Positions 42,622 through 60,400 of a DNA stretch of 64,000 nucleotides are shown one piece after another; position 1 is the first letter of the stretch, and the number at the start of each line of letters is the position of its first letter. The notes beneath the pieces are model-generated. The model had not been told where the DNA came from. It did no database searches and saw only the letters and a list, made by a program, of their open reading frames with translations. A program made the position numbers and the translations under genes. The DNA comes from Felis catus (lineage: Eukaryota). The stretch covers positions 8,866,001 through 8,930,000 of the forward strand of contig NC_058382.1 of the NCBI RefSeq assembly GCF_018350175.1. Direction: 5' to 3'.

Positions 42622-43778
42622 GTGCAGTACCAAGGCGCAAATAAAGATTTATCTGGTTGTCTCTACATCAGGTTCATTTCCTCAGGTCTGATCCTCGGTT
42701 TTGGTTTCCCCAGAGGAGAGGTGTGGGCTGGTCTCGTGTCCTAGAAAGAGAGATCGGGAACCCTGTCCCTTCGTCGTGGCAGGGCCTCACTGGCTGAGAG
42801 GTCGTTCCAGAATTAAGAAGTGGGGAAGGACCAGTCCGACCTAATTGTCCCTCCCCACCCCCACCCAGGTCCGGTCCTCTCCAAGGAACCCTGTCCCCAC
42901 ACTTAGCATGGATTTCCTCTTGCCTTTTCCTGTCCTGCAGCCAGTGCTGGGAGCTGGGGCAAAGCCTGACAGGAACAGTGGGGTCAGGAAGCCACCAGGG
43001 CCAAGGGAGCCAGGGTTCCGGGGTGCTGTTGGGACCTGAGGCAGGGGAAGACCCAGGCATCCGGGGGTCCACACCCAAGAGCCCGTCTCCAGCAGTCTTC
43101 CATCCCAGCACCCATGAGCTAGGCTCCCAGACTTACGAGTTCACCCCAGCCCCCAGCAGGGCAACCCCACCACTGAGGGCCTAGTCTGGGGGGACCAGAT
43201 GAACTTTCTAGTCTGAGAGGGGGTTGTCTGCTTTGTCCTGGAACCATAGGCGGAGCGTCCCTTTGTTGCCGTCCAATCAGACTCAGAGTTGGGTTTGTGG
43301 GCGGGGCCAAGAAAACTCCCGGGGAGCTTCGTCTCTAGGGAAGTCCGGCAGGGGGGCGGGCCAGGTAGTAACGTAGAAGGGGGAGGGTGTGGGAATTCCT
43401 TGTAGATCGGGGTGAAAGGTGACCCTGGCTCCGGTCATAAAGCCCTCCACATCACGTGACCAACGTCACCCTCTCCCCAACAACATCCTTATTTTCAGTC
43501 TTGGGAAATCGAGTGGAAGACGGTGGCCTGCTCGTCCCTTCCAAAAGCCTTCAGCCTGGTTTCGACCTTGACAACATTCAAGGTCAAGGTCGGGCAACGG
43601 CTGTCTAGGGTGCCTCGGGACTCCGGACACCTCGGTTTCCTAACGGAGAAGTGGGAGCCCTGCAAATTGGGGCTCTTCGTCTCAGGGATAGCTTCTTTCC
43701 CCTTAGCGACCACCTCCTCCGAGTGGGCTGGGAAGACCCTCCCCGGGGATCTGTGCGGGGCTGAGCCCTCGGGCCTCA

Positions 43779-47287
<3,509 letters not shown>

Positions 47288-47399
47288 AGATTTATCTGGT
47301 TGTCTAAATATCGGATTCCTTTTCTCCGGTCAGATTCTCAGTTTTGGCTTCCCGAGAGGAGAGCTCTGGGGCGGGTCTCCTGTCCTCGGAGAGACTGGG

Positions 47400-47686
47400 A
47401 AGTCAGTTCCCTGTGTCAAGGCAGTGCCCAACTAGCTGAGATGTAATTCCAGAATCAAGGAGTAGAGAAGGGCCTGCCCTACGCAGATCTCCTCCCCCAG
47501 GCCCGGTCCCCTCACAGGACGCCCCCTCCCAGCTCTTCCTGCCGGGTTTCCTCTCGCCTTTTCCTGTCCCCCACCCAGTGCTGGGAGCCGGGGCAGAGGC
47601 AAAGGCTGAACGGGAACAGCGGGGTCAGGAACCAACCAGGGCCAACGGAGCCAGGGCCCCGGGGTGCTGTTGGGACCTGAAGCAGG
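47400..47686 (+). promoter_or_regulatory. Probable RASIP1 promoter and non-coding exon 1 (donor AGG|GTAAGA at 47686/47687)
   Basis: Lies between the IZUMO1 polyA signal (47283-47288) and the acceptor (47890-47891) of the ATG-containing RASIP1 exon; strong donor. Confidence 0.65.
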
Positions 47687-47895
47687 GTAAGAACCGCGGA
47701 GCCAGGAGTCCAGACCCCTCCTCCCTCAGACCCAGTGGCCAGTCCCCACCCATCTCCCATCCCAGCACCCAGGAGCTTAGCTCCCATCCGTCTCCTCCAC
47801 CCAGACTCGCGAGTTTGAGCCCCAGGCCCCTCCATCCCCAACCCCACTACTCGGGGCCTCAGGAGTTGGGGTCTTACCCATCCTTCCTTAGGGCC

Positions 47896-48366
47896 ATGCT
47901 ATCTGGTGAACGGAAAGAGGGCGGAAGCCCCCGCTTCGGGAAGCTCCACCTCCCCGTGGGCTTGTGGATCAATTCTCCCAGGAAACAGCTGGCCAAGCTG
48001 GGACGCCGCTGGCCTAGCGCCGCCTCTGTTAAGTGAGTGCCCACCTCCTCCAGGCCCCTGTCCCTCCTCCACCTACCTCCCAATTGTCCTCGTTTCTGAT
48101 CCAGTCTCTGCACCGGGTAGGGCCAGGGGCCCCGAGCGTTGACTGCAGTTCCTTTCCGGAATGGGCAAGTGAGGTGGCGGGCTGGAGGAGACAGACAGTG
48201 GGCCACAGTGCTCTCAGAGTCCGGTCGGGGAAGAGCCGGGCCTGGATAGGGGCCCTCGCTGGATGGACAAGGCGATGGGGATACAGGGGCAAGGGTTTGA
48301 TTCCCCTTCCTTCCTCCCCTCCCTGCTTACCTCTTGCAACTTCCTTAGGTGCCACTCGCCTTCATT

Positions 48367-48403
<37 letters not shown>

Positions 48404-51400
48404 CTGGCCTCTGCCCAACTCCGTATCTGTACACTCGCGTCTCTCCCCCTTCTGTGGGTCTCTGTCTCCCTCTTTATCTCTGTCTCTGTCCCTCTCTTTC
48501 CCTGGGTTTCTTTTGCTCTTTCGGTCTGGATCTGTGTCCCCTCTCAATGGGTCTCTCTGTCACTCTCCGGGTCTCTGATCCCTCCGTCTGGGTCTTTGCC
48601 CACCTCCTTCCTTCGTCTTCTGCCATCGGCCTCCATCCTGGCCTGTCTCTCTCGGTCTCTTTGCCGCCTCTCCGCTCCCCTGGCGGGTTCCCAGGTCTTC
48701 TTCCTCGGACACGGGGAGCCGCAGCAGCGAGCCGCTGCCCCCGCCGCCGCCGCACGTGGAGCTGCGGCGAGTGGGCGCGGTCAAGGCGGCCGGGGGAGCC
48801 TCCGGGAGTCGCGCCAAGCGCATCTCCCAGCTCTTTCGGGGCTCGGGGACCGGGGCCACGGGGTCCGGCGGCGCGGGAGGCGCCGGGACTCCGGGGGGCG
48901 CTCAGCGCTGGGCCAGCGAGAAGAAGCTGCCTGAGCTGGCCGCGGGCGTGGCCCCCGAGCCCCCGCTGGCCGCCCGCGCCACGGCACCCCCGGGGGTCCT
49001 CAAGATCTTCGGCGCCGGGCTGGCGTCGGGCGCCAACTACAAGAGCGTGCTCGCCACTGCGCGCTCCACGGCACGCGAGCTGGTGGCCGAGGCGCTGGAG
49101 CGCTACGGGCTGGCGGGGAGCCCCGGCGGCAGCCCAGGCGAGAGCAGCTGCGTGGACGCCTTCGCGCTGTGCGACGCGCTGGGCCGGCCCGCGGCGGGCG
49201 GCGTGGGCAGCTGCGAGTGGCGGGCGGAGCACCTGCGCGTGCTGGGCGACTCGGAGCGACCGCTGCTGGTGCAGGAGCTGTGGCGAGCGCGGCCCGGCTG
49301 GGCGCGCCGTTTCGAGCTGCGCGGCCGCGAGGAGGCGCGCCGCCTGGAGCAGGAGGCCTTCGGGGCGGCGGACAGCGACGGTGAGCCGGCGGGGGCCCGA
49401 CTCCGGGGGCGGGGCGGGGCCTGTCCTGGAGGCGGGGCCAGCGGTGGCTGGGCGGGGCTTGGGGCCGGGGGCTAAGGGGGCCGGGATCTGTGGGGCTGGA
49501 GAGACCAGGGGTAGGCTGGAGGCGGGGCCCCCGGGAGAAAGGGAGGGGGGAATGGGAGGAGCCTAAAGCCCCGGGTCAGGTCGGGGGCGGGGCTGGGGCC
49601 AGACCGGAGTTATTGCCAGAGTGGATGGGCGGGGCTTGTGATGGGGGGTGGGGGGTCCCTGCTGAAGAGGGTAACCCAGAGCCAGAGGTGTTGAGTCGTG
49701 GTGGTCGTCCGCGTGGCTAGAAGGCCTCTCGGGAGAGGCAGGGCCGACGTAGATTAAGCCTCTTTGGGGGAGGAGCCTGGAGAGTGAAGAAATGGTGGGC
49801 TTGTTTGGGGCAGAAAATGATCCAAGCTTTAGGAGCGCCTGAGTGGCTCAGTGGGTTAAGCCTCCGACTTCGGATCGGATCATGATCGCTCGGTCCGTGA
49901 GCTCGAGCCCAGCGTCGGGCTCTGTCCTAACAGCTGGGAGCCTGGAGCCTGCTATAGATTCTGTGTCTCCTTCTCTCTGCCCTTCCCCTGCTCGTGCTCT
50001 CCCTCTCTTAAGAATAATTAAAAAAACAGATCGAAGCTTCAGAGGATCTGACCTTGGAGCAGGTGGATCTAGGCTGGGTTGGCTGCAGACTGTGGGTGGG
50101 AGATTTGAGGGTGGCGCATGGGAAATGAAGACGTAACACCATCAAGGGCTTACATGCTGGCCTGGCCTTTGAGGAAACGTTCCTGGAACAGGAGGTGGTC
50201 CCCTTGGTGAAATAGTAAGTGCAGAGCAGGGCCCGGCAGGGATGGAGCCGGCTCTAAGGGGCTGCTCACAGAACCTTCTAAAGCTTTTCTGTTTCTGAGC
50301 CTCCCATCGGGGAGACAGAGTGGGGTAGCGGTCAACCTCCTGAGCTCTGAACTCTGGCTTGGATTCCGATCCGTTCTTTGTCGGTTCCGCTCTGCAACAC
50401 CCTAGGGGAAGATGAAATAGGAAAATGTATAAAAGGGTTTTAGCACAGGGCTTGGCACATAGTGGTCGCCTAATAAAGAAAGGCAATTACAACCATCACT
50501 GTCTTCCCCCCCCCCAAAAAGCATTGGTTGAGCGCCTACTGTGGGCCACACATTATTTAGGGCCCTGGGGGAATACAGTGAGCACATGACAGATGAGGTT
50601 CCCCCCCTCTAGATTTCGTGGCCTAGTGAGAAACAAATCACTAGTTCGTTCCTTCCGTTCACCATCACCCACTATGTGCCGGGCACAGGGAACAGCATAT
50701 ACAGAAAACTAAATGTGCGAAGCAGCCTCACCTCTCTGTGGTCAATTTTTTTGTCTCTTTATCATCTCGGCTCTGCGAGCCTGTCTCGGGCTCTTTGGAG
50801 TCTCTTGCCTCATCCCTCTCGGTCTCTCCGCAGGCACGGGTGCCCCCTCGTGGCGGCCGCAGAAGAATCGCTCCCGGGCGGCGTCCGGAGGGGCGGCCCT
50901 GGCCAGTCCGGGCCCGGGGTCCGGGTCAGGGCCCCCCGCTGGGTCCGGGGGCAAAGAGCGCTCGGAAAACCTGTCCCTGCGGCGCAGCGTGTCGGAGCTC
51001 AGCCTGCAGGGTCGCCGGCGGCGGCAGCAGGAGCGCAGGCAGCAGGCACTTAGCATGGCCCCAGGGGCAGCCGACACCCAAATCGGACCTGCTGACCCTG
51101 GCGACTTCGATCAGTTGACCCAGTGCCTCATTCAGGCTCCCAGCAACCGTCCCTACTTCCTGCTGCTCCAGGGCTACCAGGACGCTCAGGTAAGGCAGCC
51201 CCTCCTACCCCGGAGAGAACTATGCTCCGGCCTTCTGTCCACCTTCCTTCGTCTGCAGGGCGACAAAATTACAACTCCCAGAATCCCCTGGGTCGCGGTA
51301 GTCTCAGGTTTGCGGGAAGGCGTGGGCCCAGCAAGGTAGGGTTCCAGGGTAGGAGAGGTCATTGTGGGAGACAGGGGATGGGGGGAAGAGGTGATAGTCG

Positions 51401-54400
51401 TGGAGGTTGGTGGCTGAAAAAGATTTTGCTGGAAGAACAAGTGGGGAATGGTTCATTTCATGCAATGTTGGGGGAACACACTGCCTTTGTCTGTCAAGGG
51501 GGAATGTGAGAGCCTATCGTAGAAAAGGGATCTCCTTGTAAGCGCCTATTTCTTGATGAGGAGTAATTGAAGTGTCTATCTTGTTTGGGAGGAAGATAAG
51601 TTCATTGATGTATGGGATCTTGTTCTGGGTAAGCGTATATTTTCTTGGAAGGAGCAGACTAACCCGCTTTTTAAAGGTGATGGTTTACACTGGAATGATT
51701 TGACTCTTGTTAGGGGGCGTAGGGGGTACGATGCTTCTGTTTTCTATATTTGGGTGACAGTAGAACTTTGCTTGAGTGTTAGGCAGCAGAGAGGGAGAAA
51801 GGATTAGCAGATAGTAGAAAATGATTCGTGGGAAATTGTTTCATTAATAGAAACGTAACGTACTCTTGGAAAGACTCATTTGTGTGTGTGTGTGTGTGTG
51901 CGTGTGCGCGCGATGATTGGGGGAGCCATGTTTGTGGTGTCGCCCAACTTTGAGTAACAGCAGTACAGCCAAGTTCCACAGGTACTGCTGGGAATCAATG
52001 GGAAAGCCCACTCTAGAAGGTAGTGGAGCTCAGCAAATAGTCCCATTTGTGCTGTCAGAGTGATCCAGTTGGGTTCGGTGGCCTGTGTGTGGGTGTGTAT
52101 GAGTGAGAGGTTAAGACTATTGAGAGAAGGGCTTGCGTGGAAGAATTCATTCCTCCTTACTGGGGCAAGTTCCTTACAGGGAGGGGTTTGCAGACAAGGT
52201 TGGAGAATAGGAGAGCCTGTTTTGGGAAGACGGGGGACATTGGGAGCATCCATTCTTTTGAATGGGGTTCATGAGAAATTCCTTTCTAAGAAAGAGGCTT
52301 CTATGGAAGTATTCCTTCCTGGGGAAGAGGAATCAGAGGTGAATCTCGTAGGGAGGAATTTATTTGCACTCATCTATTCATGAGTGGCTATAACCCGGGA
52401 GTTCATTGGGGGCACTGTGGAATCCCTTCTGGGGTTAAGTAATTTTAGAAGAGGGTTCCATGTATTTTGGACCATTCCATTGCTTCAAACAGGGATGGAT
52501 AACAGGAGATTTTACCTTTGGAAGGTGGTCATACTGGAAAGGTCCATTTTCTAGAGGCAGATGAACAAGTCCATTGTAGGAAGGGGTCTCTTTGGAAATG
52601 TCCATCCATGAGGTAAAGGTAATACGTGAGTTCAGGGAGGATGACTATCCTCCCAGTGTGAATAGAGAACAGAGAGTCCATTTTAGGAAGAGGGCCAGAC
52701 TGAGCTCTTCCATTTTTGTAGGATGGAGATGGGAGAGTCATTTAGGAAGGGGTCTTCTGGAATGCACCTCTTCATTTGGTGGATGAAATGGGACACTCCA
52801 TTATAAGAAGAGGGTCTCCTTGAAAACATCTATTAATAAGGTGGGGTTACTAGAAGAGCCACTATATGGAGAGCTCCATGGAGATGTTCTTTGTTGGGAT
52901 GAGAATACTAAAAGCATCCATTGATGGAAAGGAGTATCTTTGGAATCCTCTATCATGGGAGTGGGGGTAGTAGGTGAGTCCATTGTAGTATTATTTCTCC
53001 TTGGAAGTGAGTTCAGCATGGGGTGGGGGGAAATAAGGGTCCTTTGTAGAAAGGGGGTCTCCCTGGAAGTGTATGTTCATGGGGTGGAGATAATGGAAGA
53101 AACCTTTGTTCAAAGGGGGCAGTCTCCTTAAAGATATCCGTCCCGTGTCTTGGAAATATTCAGAGAAGCTCTTATTAGAAGGGGAAATGTCTTTGGAAGT
53201 CCCCATTATGGTGGTGGAAGGACTGGCAAATGGGGCCAGCGTCAGAGAAATGGGAGGGTTCACAGGAGAAAGATGTCCTTGGAAAGTTCCATTCTTTGGG
53301 GGGCAAGGTAATGGGCAGTCCACTGTAGTCATGGGGGTGTGGTGCTCTTGGAAGCACCCCTTCTTTGGGCTCTATATCATGGGAGAGTGCATTGTGGGAA
53401 TGGATTTCCTTGAAAGGGTCCATTCAGAAGAGGTGAGAAGAGGGCGGCGTCTCCTGGAGAAATGTCTCCTGGAAAACATCAATAATTTCAGGGAGGGCAA
53501 TTACAGAACTCATGTCAAGAAAGGGGTTTCCTGGGCACCTGGGTGGCGCAGTCGGTTAAGCGTCCGACTTCAGCCAGGTCACGATCTCGCGGTCCGTGAG
53601 TTCGAGCCCCGCGTCGGGCTCTGGGCTGATGGCTCGAAGCCTGGAGCCTGTTTCCGATTCTGTGTCTCCCTCTCTCTCTGCCCCTCCCCCATTCATGCTC
53701 TGTCTCTCTCTGTCCCAAAAATAAATAAACGTTGAAAAAAAATTAAAAAAAAAAAAAAAAAAAGAAAGGGGTTTCCTTATACGCAGCCAGTCTTCCAGAT
53801 GGGTGTTCTGGACCAGTCCATCACAGGAAGTGCCGTTGAAGAGTCCACTCATGGTTTGGGGAAGCAATTGCTGAGGCTTTGGGGATCCCAGGAGATCTCC
53901 TTGAAAGCGTTCATTCTAAGCGAGGTGGTGGATGGGAGAGTCCTTTGTGGCCAAGGGTCCCCTTTGGAAACATCCGTTCCTCACGGAGCTGTGTCTCTCC
54001 TGTATCTTCACCTTCCCTGCAGGACTTCGTGGTGTATGTGATGACGCGGGAGCAGCATGTCTTCGGCCGGGGCGGGAACTCCTCGGCCCGTGGTGGGTCC
54101 CCGGCCCCGTATGTGGACACCTTTCTCAATGCCCCCGACATCCTGCCGCGGCACTGTACGGTGCGTGCGGGCCCTGAGCCCCCGGCCATGGTGCGCCCGG
54201 CCCGGGGTGCCCCGGTCACGCACAACGGGTGCCTCCTGCTGCGCGAGGCCGAGCTGCACCCTGGCGACCTGCTGGGGCTGGGCGAGCACTTCCTCTTCAT
54301 GTACAAGGACCCCCGCGCTGGGGGCTCGGGGCCCGCGCGGCCGCCGTGGCTGCCCACCCGTCCGGGGGCCTCCCCGCCAGGCCCCGGCTGGGCCTTCTCC

Positions 54401-57400
54401 TGCCGCCTGTGCGGCCGGGGCCTGCAGGAGCGCGGCGAGGCGCTGGCGGCCTACCTGGATGGCCGCGAGCCGGTGCTGCGCTTCCGGCCCCGCGAGGAAG
54501 AGGCGCTGCTGGGTGAGATCGTGCGCGCAGCAGCGGCCGGCGCCGGGGACCTACCACCGCTGGGGCCGGCCACGCTGCTGGCGCTGTGCGTCCAGCATTC
54601 AGCCCGGGAACTGGAGCTGGGCCACCTGCCGCGCCTGCTGGGCCGTCTGGCCCGGCTCATCAAGGAGGCTGTCTGGGTGAGTGCCTCCAACCGCCGTCCA
54701 GCCCCCGTCTGCTCCCCTAGGGCTTCCCCCAGCCTCTCGTCGCCCCCTGCCGCCGGTTTGGAAGTCGAGCAGGATGAAGCCACCTCTTCCCTGCTTAGGA
54801 GGGGCCTGGGCTCTCCAGTAAGGGATCTCGCGGGGTGCTGGGAGTGGTGGATTCATCCGCGGTGCTGGAAGAGAAGGTAGCAAAGAACCACCTTTGCGGC
54901 TCTGGGATAATGGGAGAAACGATTCTGGGAGCTCCTGGGATGAGAAGTCAGGAGAGACCGTTGTGGGAGGTGAGGCGGGCAGCCCGCTGGGCCCGAAGCT
55001 TTGAACAGTAGTGGGCAAGACCGTGCTTGGAGGCGAGGGAGGACAAATCCATCGGACCTACAGATGGAAGTACCTGGGAGAAATCATCCAGATTTCTGGA
55101 TTTGGGGGGGGAGGTTAAAGTCGCCATCCAATGGAGCTAGGGCTTCTCAGAGCGAAGGTTAAGGAAGGGCCTGGGCGGTAAGAAGAAACTTCTATTCGAG
55201 CAGAAGTGGGCCTGAGGGAGGTAGACCGTCTGCAATCATAGGGCTTTGTATTTTATTTTATTTTTGTAAGTTTATTCTATTTCTTTTGAGAGAGAGCGCG
55301 CGCACGGGCGCAAAAGGGGGGGAAGGGGAGAGAGAGAGAATCCCAAGCAGGCCCTGCACTGCCAGCGCAGAGCCGGGTGTGGGGCTTGAACTCGGGAGCT
55401 GTGAGATCGTGACCTGAGCTGAAGTCGGAGGCTCAACCAACTGAATCACCCAGGCGCCCCTAGGGCTTTGTGTTTTAAAAGGTATGGAGAGGTGAGGGAC
55501 GGACGCCGGGGTGGCTCAGTCGGTCAAGTGACTGAGTCCTGTTAAGGAACTGACTCACAGTTCCTGAGTTCAAGCCCCACATCCAGCTCTGTGCTGACAG
55601 CTGGGAGCCCGGAGCCTGCTTCAGATTCTGTGTCTTCCTCTCTCCCTTCCCCTCCCCCACTCGCACGTACACACTCTCTCTCTCTCAAAAATAAATAAAC
55701 ATTAAAAAAGAAAAAAAAAAAAACCGTACAGAGAGGTGAAACCATTCTGAAACCTGGGGGTTAGGGTCCATTTGAGCGTGGAGAGGCCGTGTCAAAAAGG
55801 TGCTTCCAGAAATACCAGGGTATTAACTCATACGTCTCTCTCCCTCAATTCCACGCGCCTTGATTCTGAGCTTACTGTTCTACAGGAAAAGATCAAGGAA
55901 ATCGGAGACCGCCAGCCAGAGAAGTAAGAGAAATTCTGGGAAGAAGGGTTATAGAGGGACGCAGGGGTGGGGCTCTGCAGGCAGGCTCTTCCTCGGCCCC
56001 CAACTTTTCCAGCTGTGAAATGGGGATTGGCCTCTGTCCTCAGTTGGATCCAGAGCTCGGGGTTTGGACACTATGGTGGGGGTTGGGCAGAGACCACCCC
56101 ACCCCCATGACTAATGGACTGTCCCGTTAATGGGTCCTTTTCTCCTCCAGCCACCCTGAGGGAGTCCCCGAGGTGCCCTTGACTCCCGAGGCTGTGTCCG
56201 TGGAGCTGCGGCCACTCATGCTGTGGATGGCCAACACCACGGAGCTGCTGAGTTTTGTACAGGAGAAGGTGCTGGAAATGGAGAAGGAGGCCGACCAGGA
56301 GGGTGAGCTCTGACCCAAGCTCAGGCCTGTCCGGGATCCCTGTCATTCCCTCTACTTGGGGACTTGGGCTCCTGCCTGTCAGCCTCTGGTTCTCTCTCTN
56401 NNNNNNNNNNNNNNNNNNNNNNNNNNNNNNNNNNNNNNNNNNNNNNNNNNNNNNNNNNNNNNNNNNNNNNNNNNNNNNNNNNNNNNNNNNNNNNNNNNNN
56501 NNNNNNNNNNNNNNNNNNNNNNNNNNNNNNNNNNNNNNNTGCTGCCTGTTTGACATAACATCACTTCCTGTTTGCATTACATCGTGTTGCTCTGACGTCA
56601 CTTCCTAGTTGACCTTGTGAGATTTCCCGCTTCTCTGACATCACTTCCCGTTCACCCCCGGGCTTTGCTGTTCTGATACCCCTTCCTGTTGGAGCCTACA
56701 TCACTTCCCGCCTTTCTGGCTTCTTCTCCTGTCTCTGCATCTGTCCCCTCTTGACAAGTGAACTTTACTACCTGGTCATATCACCCTTATCATTTTCTCA
56801 AGCTCCTGTTTTCTTTTTCTTTTTTTTTTTTAAATGTTTTTATTTTTTTTTATTTTTAACATTTATTTATTTTTGAGACAGAGGGAGACAGAGCATGAAG
56901 GGGGGAGGGGCAGAGAGAGAAGGAGACACCGAATCGGAAGCAGGCTCCAGGCTCTGAGCCATCAGCCCAGAGCCCGACACGGGGCTCAAACTCACAGACC
57001 GCGAGATCGTGACCTGAGCTGAAGTTGGACGCCCAACCGACTGCGCCACCCAGGCGCCCCAAATGTTTTTATTTTTGAGAGAGAGAGAGACACAGAGCGC
57101 CAGTGGGGGGTGGCCAGAGAGAGAGGGAGACACAGATTCCGAAGCAGGCCGTCAGCACAAAGCCCAGTACGGGGCTCGAACCCACAAACCGTGAAATCAT
57201 GACCTGAGCTGAAGTTGGACGCTCAACTGACTGAGCCCCCCAGGTGTCCCTCAAGCTCCTGTTTTCTAGGTCCACTCTTCAGTGACTGGTAAACTAGAGA
57301 GAAGATAGATAGATAGATATCAAATAGTGTCAGGCACTGTCATTTAAACTAAAAGTCCTCTGTAATCAGGCTTCGCTTCCTGTTTGCTGACTTCATTTCC

Positions 57401-60400
57401 TATAGCTCCAAATTCACTCCCTTTTCCAAGCCACAGACCTTCTCCCTGGAGTGCTAGTCCTGAGGACCCGCTTTCTCCCCCAGGCCCCCAACCACCCTTG
57501 ACCTTGATATTGCCCCGTGGAATTCTCAGGGTTTCAGGCTTACCGTGGGCCTGAGTCCCTGTCTGTAAACGGAACGGGGATCTTTGGGGACTGATCAACG
57601 TAAAGATGTTCCTTAAGCAGCCTTGATTTGTGAAGCCCTTTCCTCCAAGGCTTCGCTTCCTGTACATTCCTGCCACGTGTGGCTTTGTTTCTTCTTCGGC
57701 TCTGACCTCATTTCCTGTCCTTGGCCCGATCTCACTTTCCACTGGCTCACTGCCACTTTACTCCCACTTCCTGACTCTCTATTCTTTTTCTTTCCTTTGG
57801 GAATTCTGGATAAATCATTCTCTGACCGAAGGGGGCCTCTTTGTTCAGCGTCCTTTGTCCTCCGCGAGCTGCCGTGTGGAGAAATACAAGTCCTGGGGTG
57901 CCTGGGTGGCTCAGTCAGCTGGGCGTCGGACTTCAGCTCAGGTCCCGATCTCATGGTTCTTGAGTTCGAGGCCCGCGACGGGCTCTGTGCCGACAGCTCG
58001 GAGCCTGCTTCGGATTCCGTGTCGGCCCCTCTCTCTCTGCCCTTCCCCCACTTGAGCTCCGTCTCTTTCTCTCTCTCAAAAAGAAATAAACACTGAAAAA
58101 ATTTCAAGGCTTGAGGTGTCCCAGACCTGATGAATGCCAGAAAGCCACCTGGAAAGTAGGGATTTGCTCACAGAGGCCTTTAGGGTGTTGAAGATAGAAT
58201 GGGCTCTAATTCCCAGAAGCTCTGCCCGGAAGCTTCCAGGAAGGTGTAGTCCAATCACTTGTTTCCATCTCTGTATCTTCTTAGACTCTGTATTCAACGC
58301 TGCCTGCTCTCCTGGATAGTAACCCTTTTACCGCTGGGGCAGAGCTTCCCGGGCCCGGCGCAGAGCTGGCGGCCATGCCTCCGGGGCTGAGACCCACCCT
58401 GGGCGTGTTCCAAGCAGCCCTGGAACTGACCAGCCAGTGTGAGCTGCATCCGGACCTCGTGTCTCAGACTTTCGGTTACTTGTTCTTCTTCTCCAATGCG
58501 TCCCTCCTCAACTCGCTGATGGAACGAGGTGCGGGTCAGATCGGGGAAGGGGCAGGGACGAAGGGGCGGGAGCCATCGGGACCCAAGTCAGTTCAGAACA
58601 TACCACAGGATCAGGCCTCATCTTTAGAGAGTCTGGAGGCCAAGCTCCAGATCCCAAGCTGAAAAATAAGAAGGGTCCAGGAGGCAGGAGGGCAGAGTCC
58701 ACGCACCCATTCCCCTTCCTAACCTTCCCCACAGGTCAAGGCCGACCTTTCTATCAATGGTCCCGAGCTGTCCAAATCCGGACCAACTTGGACCTCGTCT
58801 TGGACTGGCTGCAGGGGGCCGGGCTGGGCGACATTGCCACTGAATTCTTCCGGAAACTCTCCATAGCTGTGAACCTGCTCTGTGTGCCCCGCACCTCCCT
58901 GCTCAAGGTGATTCCCGATCCCTGACCTCTGACTCCCCAACCACCCCCCCCCATCCATCCTCTGTATTCAGCCCACCCTTGACATCCCCTTGGCCCTCAC
59001 GTTATCCCCAGTCCCAGCGCAGACACCGTGGGTGATGCACTGGCAGTTAGAAGCCAGCCCCAAGCGTCCAAAGTGCACCTGAATCGCAGTGGGACTTCCG
59101 AATAATAGTTTCCAAGGCCCCCTCCCTCAGTCATGCTGGTTCCAAGGAATGAGACAGTCAAAACATTCATTGAACGTAAACTAGATACCAAACACTGTCA
59201 AGCACTGTTCACTGAGTGCTGATTAAGGCTCATGAAATAGGTTATTCATTGACCGTTTGTAACAGACAAGGAAACTGAGATTCGGGCAGGATAAGTTCCT
59301 TGATTTCTTTTGTTGCTATTTCTCAGACTTTTACAGAGCGCTTAATAAGCACCCGGCCGTGTTCTAAGTATTTTACGATCTTGCCATATTGAAACCTCAG
59401 AACAACCCTATTAGGTGGTGCCTAATCCCTCCACCCCCAATTTACAGATGAAGAACTTGCCAGAGGTGATGAGTAGTCAAGCCAGGATTTTTGAACCCAG
59501 GCAATCTGGGTCCACCGCAGTGATGACTTGGTTGTCATCTCAGTTCAGTAGATCCAAACTTTATTTTAAATTTTATTATTTAAAAATTTTTACATTTATG
59601 TCTGCACAGAGCCCGACGCGGGGCTCGAACTCACAAACTGTGAGATCATGACCTGAGCCGAAGTCGGAAGCTTAACCGACTGAGCCACCCAGGCGCCAAA
59701 CAAATCACTTTTCTTTTTTTTAAAGCCGAGAGCACCCCCTTTCTCACCATCACTTTGGTGACAGCCTGGCTTCGCAGTCACAATCTGGCTGCACAGACAT
59801 CACGGCCGACCCCCTACATCGGTACCCTCTGGGGGGGCCTTCCATTCAGGCTTTCTCAGCTGTCCCATAACGACCACCGACTTCTCACCTCATCTTCCCA
59901 CCAGGCTTCTTGGAGCAGCCTACGAACTGACCACCCCACGCTGACCCCTGCTCAGCTTCACCATCTGCTCAGCCACTACCAGCTGGGTCCTGGCCGTGGG
60001 CCACCACCTGCCTGGGACCCTCCCCCTGCAGAGCGAGACGCTGTGGACACAGGTGAGGCACGGTGGGGACAGAGGCACGGGGGCTGTCAGCTGTTTTCTG
60101 GCCTCAGGACCTAGGAATCCATAGCCCCTTCCTCCTTCTGACCCAGGATCCTGGACCCTTAACCCTTTCCTCCCTCGAGACCCAATAAGTGATGGGCCTC
60201 AACTCCCTCCTCCGCCAGGATACGGGATTTCAAGCCCCAACTCCTCCTTTTTCCCCCCAGGGTTCAGGCCCCCAGCCCCTTCCCCCGACAACCTACCCTT
60301 CTCACCCAGGGGCTCGGGTTCCAGGCCCCTCCACGAAGGAATCCGTAAAACTAAGTTCCCAGACCTTCCTTCCTCAGACCCAAGAACCCAACTACCTCGC

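Noticed and set aside
48349-49566. 405-aa and other alternative-frame ORFs
   Set aside because: Off-frame readings of the GC-rich RASIP1 exon plus CT-rich intron
53106-53735. 209-aa ORF in a RASIP1 intron
   Set aside because: Purine-rich intron running into a SINE; no coding features
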